A DNA stretch of 64,000 nt, taken from NCBI RefSeq assembly GCF_000181795.1, contig NW_003526943.1, positions 2,103,647-2,167,646 on the forward strand, written 5' to 3'. Within the stretch, counting starts at the first letter, position 1. Every line of letters starts with the position of its first letter. The notes under the pieces are model-generated. The model was not told the DNA's origin, made no database searches, and saw only the letters and a program-made list of their open reading frames with translations. Below are positions 15,011 through 25,933 of this stretch, in pieces. This stretch comes from Trichinella spiralis (lineage: Eukaryota). The position numbers were made by a program, and so were the translations under genes.

Positions 15011-15708
15011 ATGGGCAAGAGCTTTAAATCAGTATCTAATTTGTTTGTTAAACTGATTACATCTTGTTGCAAGAGTGGAAAAGAAGCAGATTCTGGGACG
15101 CCACAACTTTCGCCACCTGTTGAACCCCCTGATGAATTGAAAGAAGGTATGCAAGTTGTTCATTGTTATTATAATTTGATTTATTAATTGCTGAGAGAAA
15201 TTAATAATTGCATTGTTTCAGAAATGAAGAAAATGGCAGGAGACATTAAGCACGGCATTTTGATTGATCCAAAAAATCCAGATTATGTAACTTTCAAAGT
15301 ACCTTCTGAGATTTTCGATTATGAGGAGAATAAATTTGAAGAAAGACTTGAGAAAATGAATAAGAAAAAAGCAAAAGACAAGCAACAGATTGAAATAAAA
15401 GACGAGAAAAAGAGTGAAGATGAAAAAGAAGATAAAAAGCAAGATCAGAAAATGTAAGGCTTGATTTATTAAAAATTTGTAATATATTAATTAATTTTTT
15501 TGCAAGTAACACGATAAATAAGCATTTTTTTCCAATTTATTCCTGTGTGCACTGTAATAATTTTTTATTTCTGTATCATTTAAGGATTGTCTTATAATTT
15601 TGTCTTGTTCTTTCTATTTAAATGTATTTTCTAGATATTACCATGTATAATGTAATTATACTGTTTTCTTTTTTTAATTTTAGAACTGATGAAAGTGGCC
15701 CTAAATGA
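15011..15708 (+). CDS. Small orphan protein (3 exons, about 130 aa) with a Lys/Glu/Asp-rich tail
   Basis: MGKSFKSV...PPDELKE|EMKKMAGD...KQDQK|ITDESGPK* joins in frame across two GT-AG introns. Confidence 0.6.
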
Positions 15709-15953
15709 AACGAAAATTTTATACTCGATATCTATTTTTTAATTATAAATACAAATTGATATTTTAAATGTTCAAATGTGAAAATTTTCTACAATACTGT
15801 AAAAATTGTTTGTTGTTAAATTTTGTTATTTAACGAATGAAATGTTTTTTACAATAATAAATGTTTATAATTATGCAGCAGCTCAACAAGTGACAGTTTT
15901 TCATTTTCAGAGGAAATTTTTAAATGCTTCATTTTTGAAGCAATATTTCATTG

Positions 15954-16206
15954 TGTGATGTATTGCGATGTCATGCTATCAAAAATATATACAAAAAGAG
16001 TGCGCAGGAACATATTACAGTAGGTACAGTAGTTTCACGTGACCAGTGTGCGTGCGTAGATTTGTTTCCCCTTTTCTCTCAGTGTGCATCGTCTATATGT
16101 GTGTGCGTTGTCTGTGTGTGTGTAATCTCGTGTGCGTTATACATTAGCTTGGTATTGTGTTGTCATTACAAGTAAAGTCTCTGCATATATTAATCAGTTC
16201 ACAACA
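15954..16206 (+). repeat. 5' LTR of the Mag-like element
   Basis: Direct repeat of 21159-21416, noticeably diverged in the middle. Confidence 0.9.
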
Positions 16207-16208
16207 TT

Positions 16209-16228
16209 TGGCGACGAGGATGGGATTC
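16209..16228 (+). promoter_or_regulatory. Primer-binding site complementary to the tRNA-Ser(GCU) 3' end
   Basis: TGGCGACGAGGATGGGATTC, 2 nt after the LTR. Confidence 0.85.
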
Positions 16229-16321
16229 ATTAAAGAGGTACGTTATGATTCGTGTGATTACTGATTAACATGTTGGGCCACATCGAAGAGTTTGATATCT
16301 CTAAGCCAAAAGAATGGACGG

Positions 16322-19300
16322 TGTTGGGATGGTGCGCTTGGACGATAAAACGGTAGCAGTTTAATGGATCGACCAGCACAAGCGAGCGAGAATAGAACAC
16401 AGCGTGGGACTAAAACGAAAAAACTAAACACAGTACAGTATACGGGGGTACGGTATGTTGATAATTAGGTATATGGTGATGACGTCGTGATTTCCAACAT
16501 CCCCACTTCACGCCGCCATCCCAATTAGCTTCACACAAGCAGCCGGACTACTCGGCGTCATGGCCTTTGTGAACATGTCGGCTGCATTGTCTGCACTTGG
16601 TATTTGCCGCATTTCTGTTTCGCTTTCTTGTATTTTTTCTTTGATGAAATGGCGCCTTATGTCGATGTTTCTTGTTCTTGCTGACGATGACTGATCGATG
16701 CTGATGCTAACGGCTCCACTATTGTCGCATGGCAGTGTAGGCTTGCTGGTTTCTTTTTCCAATTCAGATTGCAGTGAGCGTAGCCATGCGCTTTCTTGTG
16801 CAGCCTGGCTTAAGGCCATGTATTCAGCTTCTGTTGTTGATAACGCTACCGTCCGCTGTTTTTTGATGACCATGCAATCGCTGCACCGGAGTGGCACACA
16901 ACGCATCTAGAGATGGATCGACGATCATCTCTGTCATTGCCCCAGTCGGCATCGAAATACACGGTGAGTGCGTTCTCAGTCCGCTTGTACACTAACTTCG
17001 CAGCTTTTGTGTACTTCAAGTATCGGAAGATGCGCTTAACGGCAGTCCAATGTGCCTTTCCAGGATTATCACAAAAACGACTGACAATCCCCACTGCGTG
17101 GCAAATGTCTGGCCGACAACTTTGACTTAAATAAACCAGGCAGCCGACGGCTTCTCTGTACGGTACGGTGTTCATCTGCTTTATTTCTTCATCACTCCTC
17201 GGCATCATCGCTTTCGATAAAACCTGGTTAGGGTCCAACGGTGTTTTCACCCCTTTGCAGTCGGACATTCTGAACCGGTGCAGCATTTCCTCAATGTACT
17301 GCTCCTGGTCAATCGACAGCGTGCCATTTTCAACATCTTGCACGATTCTGATTCCTAGGCACCAATGGGCTTTGCCAAGATCTTTCATTTTGAAGCGCTC
17401 ACACAACGCCATCTTCAATTCATTTTTTGATGACTCGTTGTTTGAAAGAATGAGTAGATCGTCTACGTATACACCGACGGCGAGGAAAGTTTTATTTTTC
17501 CAAAGAAAATAGATGCAGGGCTCGTTCTTCAGCCTGTTGAGCCCGAAACTCCGAAGAGTCTCGTCCAACATTCCGTACCATGCACGACTCGCCTGTTTCA
17601 GGCCGTAGATAGATTTTCTTAAACGGCAGTATTTGTTGTTTCCATCACCAACACCACTCGGCAGTTCCATATATATTTCTTCATTCAGGCTCGGATTCAG
17701 GAACGCGGTCACAACGTCCATTTGATCTACTTCCAAATTATACTTCGCTGCCAATGACAAAAGATACCGGAGCGAAGAATAACCCAATGTTGGAGCGAAT
17801 GTGTCTTCAAAATCAATTCCTTGCAATTGTGAGTATCCTTTGGCCACAAGTCGCGCTTTTCGTTTTCCAATTGTCCCATCTTCTTTATACTTTGTCTTGA
17901 AGACCCATTTACTTTTAATGGCCTTCTTGTGTGGAGGCAAAACGGCAGGTTCCCATGATTGATTTTCGCGGTGGGATGCCAATTCTTCATTGATGGCCTT
18001 GAGCCACTCTTTGGCATCCGGACGATTCACTGCCTCTTCATAGCTGATGGGATCGCTATGCTCGCGCACTTGCGCCTGAAACAGAAGAAAATCTGAGTTG
18101 AATATGTTTCGATTAGGGAAATGGTTTCGTAGCGGTCTTCTGAGTTCTTCTGGCGACGTCTTCGCTGACGGCTGTGGATTTTGTCCAATGGACTTATCAC
18201 TGTCGGTGTCTACTTTGAGTGGAGCAGATGGATTTGGATCCATCTCAGTAGAACCACTATCTTGAGAAGTCCACACAATCACTGCTTCTTCGCCAACGTC
18301 TGGACTCATAAGGGAATTTGTCGACCCTTCCTTTGACGCCTGGGTGCCAGGGAACTGTGATTCCAAGAATTTCACGTCTCTGGTGACATACATCTTCTTC
18401 GTTTTACGGTCCACAGTACGATATCCTTTGCTGGTTTCGCAGTATCCAACGAAGATCCGTTCTTCGGATTTCAGATCCCACTTCTTTCGTTGTCCTGAGG
18501 GAACGTGCACCATTGCCAAACAGCCAAAGACTTTCAAGTGCGCCAAGTTTGGCTTACGTCCAGACCAAGCTTCTTCTGGAGTTACCTTTCGCAGAGCCTT
18601 TGTGGGGCATCTGTTTCGTAGGTAGTTGGCTGTGCCCACAGCCTCTGCCCACAAATCTGGACTCAAGTTGGCATCTATTAGCATCGTTCTGGCCTTTTCC
18701 ACAAGCGTTCGGTTCATCCTTTCTGCGACGCCATTTTGTTGGGGCGTTTCAGGAATCGTACGTTCGTGACGAATGCCTTTTCTCACCAGAAATTCCGCGA
18801 ACATGTTGTTCACGTATTCACGCCCATTATCGGTTCGCAGGCACTTCACTCTTTTTGAAGTTTGCCTTTCCACCATTGCGATGAAGTCTTTGAACTTCGA
18901 CAGGACTTCGTTCTTGTGCTTCAGAAAGTACACAAACGATTTCCGTGAGAAATCATCGATAAATGAAAGAAAGTATCGAGCACCACCAACTGACGCTACT
19001 TGCATGGGCCCACATATGTCCGAGTGTACCAGTTCAAGAACTTCTTTTGATCTCTTAGTGGCCGATTTAGGAAAGGGCAAACGACACTGTTTTCCTTTCA
19101 AGCAAGTGACACAATCCGTTTTTGTGATTGCATCAGATGGAATGCCAGTTGCTTGCCCATCTTGCAAGAGCTTCATTGATCCACGACTTAAATGCCCTAG
19201 TTGACGGTGCCACAGATCTGGGACATCATGCACTGTCATAGCCCACTGGTCACACCGATTTAGCCGATATAGTCCATTATACTGAGTTGCAGTACCGAGA

Positions 19301-19741
19301 ATATGTTGTCTCGGAACTTCAATAGCTAAGTCCACTATTCGGCAACCATTTTCGTCGAAGATCAACGTCTTCTTCTGTGCGGCTATTCGACTTACAGACA
19401 GGAGATTCAGTGCCAGTTCCGGAGCATGTCGAACGTCGTGGGCCACCATCGTCTTCTCAGTAGCGAGGGGAATTTTCACAACGCCGATTCCCTTAGTCGT
19501 TATATTTGTTCCATTGGCAATGGCCACTGTGTGAGTAGTGCGACTGTTGTACTCTTCCATCCAATCGTCGCCATGAAGTCAGATGCGTTGTGGCGCCGGA
19601 ATCTAAGAATCAATCCTTGTCGCCATCAGTTGCATTTTGAATTAGGAGACAGCTTGCAGCAAAATCTGTGTTTGCTGCTAAGTGCTTGTCCGATTTCTTC
19701 TGATTTCTCACAGGCCGGCGATCGCTTATCACAAAGGGACA
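16322..19741 (-). mobile_element. Ty1/Copia retrotransposon (3' LTR plus pol), 5'-truncated, inserted antisense into the Mag gag
   Basis: LTR 16322-16499 (TGTTGG...CCAACA) with PPT AGTGGGGA on the minus strand. Domain order PR (FLDSGA), GAG-pre-integrase (LWHRQLGH), IN (VHSDICGP, RTDNGREY, QQNGVAER), RT (KARLVAKG, YVDD), RNase H (STTEAEY, ADMFTK). Confidence 0.95.
16508..19612 (-). pseudogene. Copia pol, nearly intact (904-aa ORF) with a few lesions
   Basis: TGA before FLDSGA, a frameshift near 19565, and a frameshift in the A-run near 16860 (WSSK|KQRTVALS). Confidence 0.9.
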
Positions 19742-20148
19742 AAATTGGACAGTGAAATTGAAAACTTGGTAAAAACATGTGAACTGTGCCAACAGTCTAG
19801 AGCTTCGCCACCGCACGCGCCTGTACACAAGTGGGAATCTCCAAGAATTCCGTGGTCTCGCATACACCTGATCTAGTAGGCCCCATTTGCGGCAAGAACT
19901 TCTTAATCGTTGTGGACGCCTTCTCCAAATGGCTTGAAGTCAGTGCCCTGAAAAACACGACATCTGAATCGGTGATATCATGCTTGAGACAAATTTTTAG
20001 CATCCATGGACTGCTTGACATGACATTATCGTCTCAGATAATGGTGCACAGTTCACTTCACACGTTTTTCAGGAATACTTAAATAAAGTGTGGTATCAAA
20101 CACATCACGTCCGCCCCTTTTTACCCTTCTTCTAATGGTCAAGCTGAA

Positions 20149-20780
20149 ACCACAGGATACGTACCCTTCGAAATGATGTTTGGGCGCCCTCCGCGACTCC
20201 CAGTGGATGCAGCGTTCAACACGAACTTGGGGAACGCAACGACCACCAGCAAGTACGTCGAAGAGTTGGCAGCCCACTTCCGAAACGCGTTTGCGCTTGC
20301 CCGAAAACACTGCTGCGCAACAGATGCGACATAGGTATTATTATGATCGGAAGACAGGAAATCCATATTACGAGACCCATGAAGCAGTCTACTTGTACTG
20401 CCCTGCCAGCAAAAGCAAATCAAGCAGGAAATTCACGACACCGTGGACAGGGCCGTTCGAGATTGTCAAACAAGTCTCCGGGTTAAATTATCGCATCCGG
20501 AGTATCAGCAACCCAAGACGAACCTTGCTAGTGCATGTCAGTCGCTTAAAGCCATGTAAATTGACATCTGGACAGCTGTGCAGCCTGTGACAAAAGGACA
20601 ACGAAGATAAGAAACAAGTTCGACGTGATCACCAATCCAAGACCAAGCCCAGAATATATCGCCCACGACTGGTGTGAACTGAAGAAGACCATGGACGTGA
20701 CGGCACGTCAACAAGCAATGGTAGCTCAGAGGCCGCAGCGAGAATCGAACCCTGTGAGTCCAGCACGTCAAGCTATATGA
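20149..20780 (+). mobile_element. Integrase C-terminal fragment of a second, non-Mag Gypsy element
   Basis: TTGYVPFEMMFGRPPRLPVD...KFTTPWTGPFEIVKQVSGLNYRI...VHVSRLK (GPY/F module) lies between two Mag-type integrase pieces. Confidence 0.7.
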
Positions 20781-21158
20781 CTTGCCACCGTGCTACTTGC
20801 TGCCCCGGAAACCAGCGACCGTTGTGAGTCCGACAGGCTCACTGTCCTACCAAGTACAAACAGAAGACGGTCAACTGTGGCGCAGACACATAGACCAGTT
20901 AAGAAAACGCTATGTAACTGCTGAGGAAAATCACAGTGCAGAAAAGATCGAATCACAGAAAAAAAAAGCTAGAAGAGAAACAGTAACAACTGAAACTACA
21001 CCTGAGGAAAATGCAGCAGTTGTCACAACACCAAGAGAAGAAAGTGAGGCAGCGTCACAATCACCTGATGCTGCAAGTGTTGGACAACAACGATCGTCTA
21101 CGCGAGAAAGAAGACCGCCACAACGGCTCAAGGACAACGAATGTTAAGGGGAAAGGGA

Positions 21159-21416
21159 TGTAATGAATTGCGATGTCATGCTATCAAAAATATATACAAA
21201 AAGAGTACTCAAGAACATATTACAGTAGGTGCAGTAGTTTTCCACGTCACCAGTGTGCGTGCGCAGGTTGGTTCCGGCGTTCTCTCATTGTGCATTGCCT
21301 CTCTGTATGTGCATTGTCTGTGTGTGTGATCTCATGTGCGTTATACATTAGCTTGGTATTGTGTTGTCATTACAAGTAAAGTTTCTGCATATATTAATCA
21401 GTTCACATTCACAACA
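21159..21416 (+). repeat. 3' LTR of the Mag-like element
   Basis: Follows the PPT and repeats 15954-16206, with an extra TTCACA near its end. Confidence 0.9.
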
Positions 21417-21908
21417 TTGTAAGCATTAGATAAAACAATATTTATTATTACGAAGAGATGTAATCAACTTAGAAAAAAAGACAACGAGTAAATATATGTG
21501 AAATAACAATATCGCAAATAAATTATGCAGATATAGCTTCACACATGTGCAATTTTAGAAAAAACAAACTCAACGAATGAAAAAGTGTTTATTTTATATA
21601 AAGAATATTGAAAAAGATTGCAAAGTAGAATTTTTTTATTTTCATCATAGTAATCTAAAAATTTTATTTTTATTTTCAAAGATTTACATTTAATTGCAAT
21701 ATCTTTATTTTTCATGAGTAGTATTCTCTAAAAAAAATTCGCTAAAGAAATGTATTCTCTAAAGAAAATTCCCTTTCCTTCACATTCACTCTAAATGTTT
21801 AACAGTATCTATGCAACTGTCTAATTAGTAATTCAAATATAAGTATAATATTGTACATCTTGAACTATCGTGATCAGTATAATTTTCATCGATTATTAAC
21901 AAAGTTTC

Positions 21909-23820
21909 TGTTGGAAACTGAAGGTGCATCAGTTCTTGACCATCGGAATGGTGGGGAGTACGGTAGGTGGTGTACGGTGAGAGAGTGACGAGGAAGCGTG
22001 AAGAAGCTGCGGTTTTGTCAGCAATCTCCGTACTGTGCTGTGTGATTGTCATTGGTTTTGTGTGGTGCTCAATCGGTTTTCATTTGTGTCCATTGATAAG
22101 TGCTTCGTTGAATAAAACCGGTGTCCGCTGTTTTGTCTTACTTTGCTACACGTTCGTAAACGAACGTGGGTCGTATTGCGGTCAGATCATCATAATTGAC
22201 TTGATCTGCCGCCATAGTAAAAATCTACAGTCCACTGACTCGTTGGCTACACGACTCTGTCCCCAACATTCTGGTCATCCGAGCCGGATACATCGAAGGC
22301 GAGCGACCTTAGGATACTGCAGCGGTAATGGCAAGCCTGAGTGTTGGCTCTAATGCGGTCGAACGGGACTGATCAACCCGTACGACTGGATGACCAGGGA
22401 GATGCAGCGTCATGATCAGGACCTGAAGTGGTGACGGCCGCGACTTCTGTCCATGAACTTACCGCACGATTGCCAAGGTATGATCTGCCTAAGTACAGTG
22501 GAGACTTCGCTGAGTTTCGTGCGTTTTGGGACCAATTCGACTATCGCGTGCATCAGCGAAAAGACTTGTGCAACGCAGCGAAGCTGACCTACCTCCGTGG
22601 CTGCTTAACTGGTAGAGTAGCGGAAGTAATTAGTAGCCTGTCCAGCAGCAATGCTGATTATGAGGTGGCACTGAAGCGCCTGCGCGAGGTGATTAGGTAT
22701 CAAATCAAGAAGCTCCTGCAAGCGCCTCCAAAGGACGTGAGTCTGCGCACGCATTACGACTTCCTGAGACGAACAGTCGACGCGTTGACTGCCCTGGGCA
22801 AGGATCCGAGGGAAGGTGGTCTCCGAGAAGGTGAGCTGTCCTCAGCTGAGATCACGATTGCTATCAGTCGTGATTGCCTTCCGACACCGGTCAGGATCAA
22901 GTAGGATGAGAGAACGAAGGCGAATGAGACGATGGCCGCTGACTTGTCAGAATATCTCTAATTCATGGGAGAACAGGCTCAGCTCCTGGAAGAGTCGCGG
23001 TCGGATCGACGAGAACCCGCCAAGCCCACTAAGCCCGAAGCCAAACGCTGAAGCAGCCCTTTCAGACGAAGACTCGACGGTGCAAAGTTTCTCCACACTA
23101 CCGTTGCGGATCAGCTTGCCGTGTGCGGAGAATCACTACGAGCTGCAGAAATTTCAGAGTTGGGACGACCAATGCCTGATGAGAAGATGAAGACAGCACA
23201 ATAGTTTGGTCAGTGTTTCTACTGCCAGAAGTATGGGCATATCAAAAGGAATTGCCGGGATCGGATGGGTCACCTTGCCGCGTCTGGCAGGTCGACATCC
23301 GGGGTGTGCAACTCTGACATCTCTGGACAGCAGACAGGAACGAAGAGTAAAACCGTGGAACCAAGGAAGGCTCAGGTGAACATCGCCACCATTGAACGTG
23401 GCTGAAGTCGTTTCCAGATAATCAAGGCCGTGGCTCACGGTTCCCAAACGCTTGCTCAACTGCTTGTTCGACACCGGAGCTGAGCGGTCTCTGTTGCGCC
23501 AAGACATCGCCGACGAGTTCAAGTTGGCAGGCGAAACTCACCTGATTTCCTTTTGTGGTCTTGGTGGCTCGAGAATCAGCTGCCAAGCGTTGAGATTAAT
23601 TCGATTCTGACTCAGCTCAGTCAGCGGAGAGCGCGCCGAGGAAAGGTACGAACCGGAAGCAATGACAGTCCTGATGCTTTGCGAGTATCTTTGGCAGACA
23701 CAAGTGTCACCAAAGGATTGGCCTCATCTTCAGAACCTGAACCTGACGAAGGAAGTCAGAGAGTTGACACCAGTCCACGTCATCATCCGATTGGACAGTT
23801 ATTTCCGCTTTCTTGGAATG
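21909..23820 (+). mobile_element. Degenerate BEL/Pao LTR retrotransposon (5' LTR, gag, protease remnant)
   Basis: LTR 21909-22268 (TGTTGG...CCAACA), tRNA-Tyr-like PBS TGGTCATCCGAGCCGGAT at 22272, DUF1759-type gag (LPKYSGDFAEFRAFWDQF, KLTYLRGCL), knuckle CFYCQKYGHIKRNC and protease LFDTGA. Contains stops and frameshifts. Confidence 0.85.
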
Positions 23821-24071
23821 CAGTAAACCAACTACTGGGTTGATTGAACATTCAAGTTGCATTTCTTGTATTAGGATGGTTCAACATTCCAGGTGAAAAA
23901 GGATCTGTTTGTCTGAATTACCAAACAAAACAGAAAGTTAAGAAAAATTTTTCAGATATAGTTCCTTCCATTAGGGATGTTCCCATTATCTTCCCTTAGC
24001 ACTGCATGTGCTCTTCTAAAATATGATCATTGCTAATTATCCTCGTCATTCCTACTATTTTGTTCTTTTTT

Positions 24072-24930
24072 ATGGCTGATGTCTCTGAGTTGCATCTTGT
24101 ACAAAATCGTTGCGGTGGTATGTCCCTTGTTCATGAAGGCAGGGCATACAGATTAAAACGTGCCGGCAAACAGAAATATTGGAGGTGCTCAAAAGTATGT
24201 GCTAAATGTACAGTGTGTGTCCTTCGTTACTAAGGGGTAGTGTATTTTGGTATAGGACAAAAAAGGCTGCGGTGGTGCTATATGGACAAACCTTGATGTG
24301 ACATCGATGATGAAGCAGAATGATCACATCGAAAGTTGCCCGGTGGATGAGCATTTGGCCTACAAAATGGAAAAAAAGGTGATTTTGAAAAAGCGGAGTG
24401 CGGAAGAAACGAAACGGAGCCATTTATGATGAAGAAGCTTCCGCCGCATCTGCCCACTTATCCACATCTGGCCATTTTCCCCTTTTCAAACGGGCAAAGT
24501 CCACGATATACAGCCACCAGGCAAAGCGATACCAAAAACTGCCCAAACATCGTCGGGACTTGCAAATCCCTGACGCATTCAGGACAACAAAGGCCGGTGA
24601 TGAATTTTTGTTGTGGCAGAGTGTATCAAGGCATGTACTGGTATTTGGTACGGGTTCCAACATTAGACTGCTGGCAGNCCAGGGCGAACCTGGTGCATTG
24701 GATGGTACATTCAAGGGTTGTACCTCAAATGATATCAATAGCTTTTTTATTTATCCATGTCATTTGTGGCGAGTAAGCTGGTGCCCAGTAGTGTGTTGCT
24801 ATGTACGGGTAAAGATATTGACAAATAAGAGTTCATTTTTTCNNNCTTTNNTANNNNNNNNNNNNGTCNNTAGCGTCANTCTTTATCCACAAACNATAAT
24901 TTGTAATTTTGAAATCGCCCTGNTACCANT
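24072..24930 (+). mobile_element. FLYWCH-MULE (Mutator-like) transposase remnant; low-quality sequence with Ns at the 3' end
   Basis: LVHEGRAY...YWRCSK|DKKGCGGAIWT...H (FLYWCH), then FRTTKAGDEFLL...LVF...DGTFK (MULE first catalytic D). Confidence 0.8.
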
Positions 24931-25101
24931 TNNNNAANGCCGTTCACTGATATGTTGTTNATTANNNNTGTTNTTGGCTGTTCTTTACTGTTGTTGTTGC
25001 TGCTGTTGGCTAGTGAAAAATAAAAATCACTATTTAACTTGTTTTATGTATTGTTTTTTTCTAAATTATTACTGTCGCATTTGATGTAACGTCACTTTGG
25101 T

Positions 25102-25430
25102 ACAATAAAATATAGAATAATGATAAAAATTATTTTCGGGAATGCTGATCATGAAAAAGTATAAACTTCACCACAAATAATATATTTAAATAAACAAAAT
25201 TTCAATGAATGACAAAACTTTAAAGAAACAATAAAANTTTTGGAATAATAAATATTTCCATTATTATTACGTCACTACTATTAAAGTTACGTAATCCAAA
25301 ATGGAATATTTGAACCAATGAAATGAAAAAATATTACAGCTAATCACAAGGGAACAATTTGAATCAATGAGAAATTAGACAAGAAAAATCAATATGACAA
25401 CGACTTGACGGCCCAATAAAATAGCGTGCT
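25102..25430 (+). repeat. Dispersed repeat, reverse complement of 63680-64000
   Basis: High similarity over more than 300 bp, e.g. gctgatcatgaaaaagtataaacttcaccacaaataatatatttaaataaac and gacaacgacttgacggcccaataaaatagcg. Confidence 0.92.
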
Positions 25431-25933
25431 ATTTCTCAACTAAATTTCATTGGTTGTTTCTCTGAAGTACGCAGCTAAATTTCATTGGTAGTCAGTCCGG
25501 TGGGCTTAGGTTTCCTAGAAAGGGGACTGCTTAACTTTAAATTTCCGAAGCTAACAGGACACGTCAGGAACAATCACTATGCAAAATCATAAGCGAACAC
25601 CATGTTTCAGAACAGCAACCAATGAACTTTACTGAGAAGAAGTAGGCGGAGTTCGTTGGGGGATATCAGGTCCACCCAACAAAAATTTTGCGTTTCTGTT
25701 AAAAATTTTATATATTTGTGTTTAAGAATATTAATAATCATTATTACATATCACAGACTAGTTTTGATTTAATTATATTAAAGTTGATACTTGCATATTG
25801 TTAAATACTGTAAAATCGATAATAAGTTTAGTAAACATAATAAAAGCAATGTTGAGTTCATGACAGTTTGTGTGTGCTGCATTATTTTTGTTAAAGCCTG
25901 CTTAAGGCAGTTGAAAAAATTGATTTTCTGAAG

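Larger units (their letters stand above)
15954..21416 (+). mobile_element. Ty3/Gypsy (Mag-like) LTR retrotransposon, internally deleted, with nested elements
   Basis: LTRs 15954-16206 and 21159-21416 (TG...CA), PBS at 16209, PPT AAGGGGAAAGGGA before the 3' LTR, gag start MLGHIEEFD at 16270, integrase remnants PWSRIH..GP..VVDAFSKW and WRRHIDQLR. Confidence 0.9.

Noticed and set aside
16846..16870. Programmed frameshift in Copia pol
   Set aside because: It falls in an A-homopolymer within RNase H. A 1-nt deletion or sequencing error is simpler.
24840..24975. Unusual MULE 3' sequence
   Set aside because: Dense Ns indicate low-quality assembly, so it is not interpretable.
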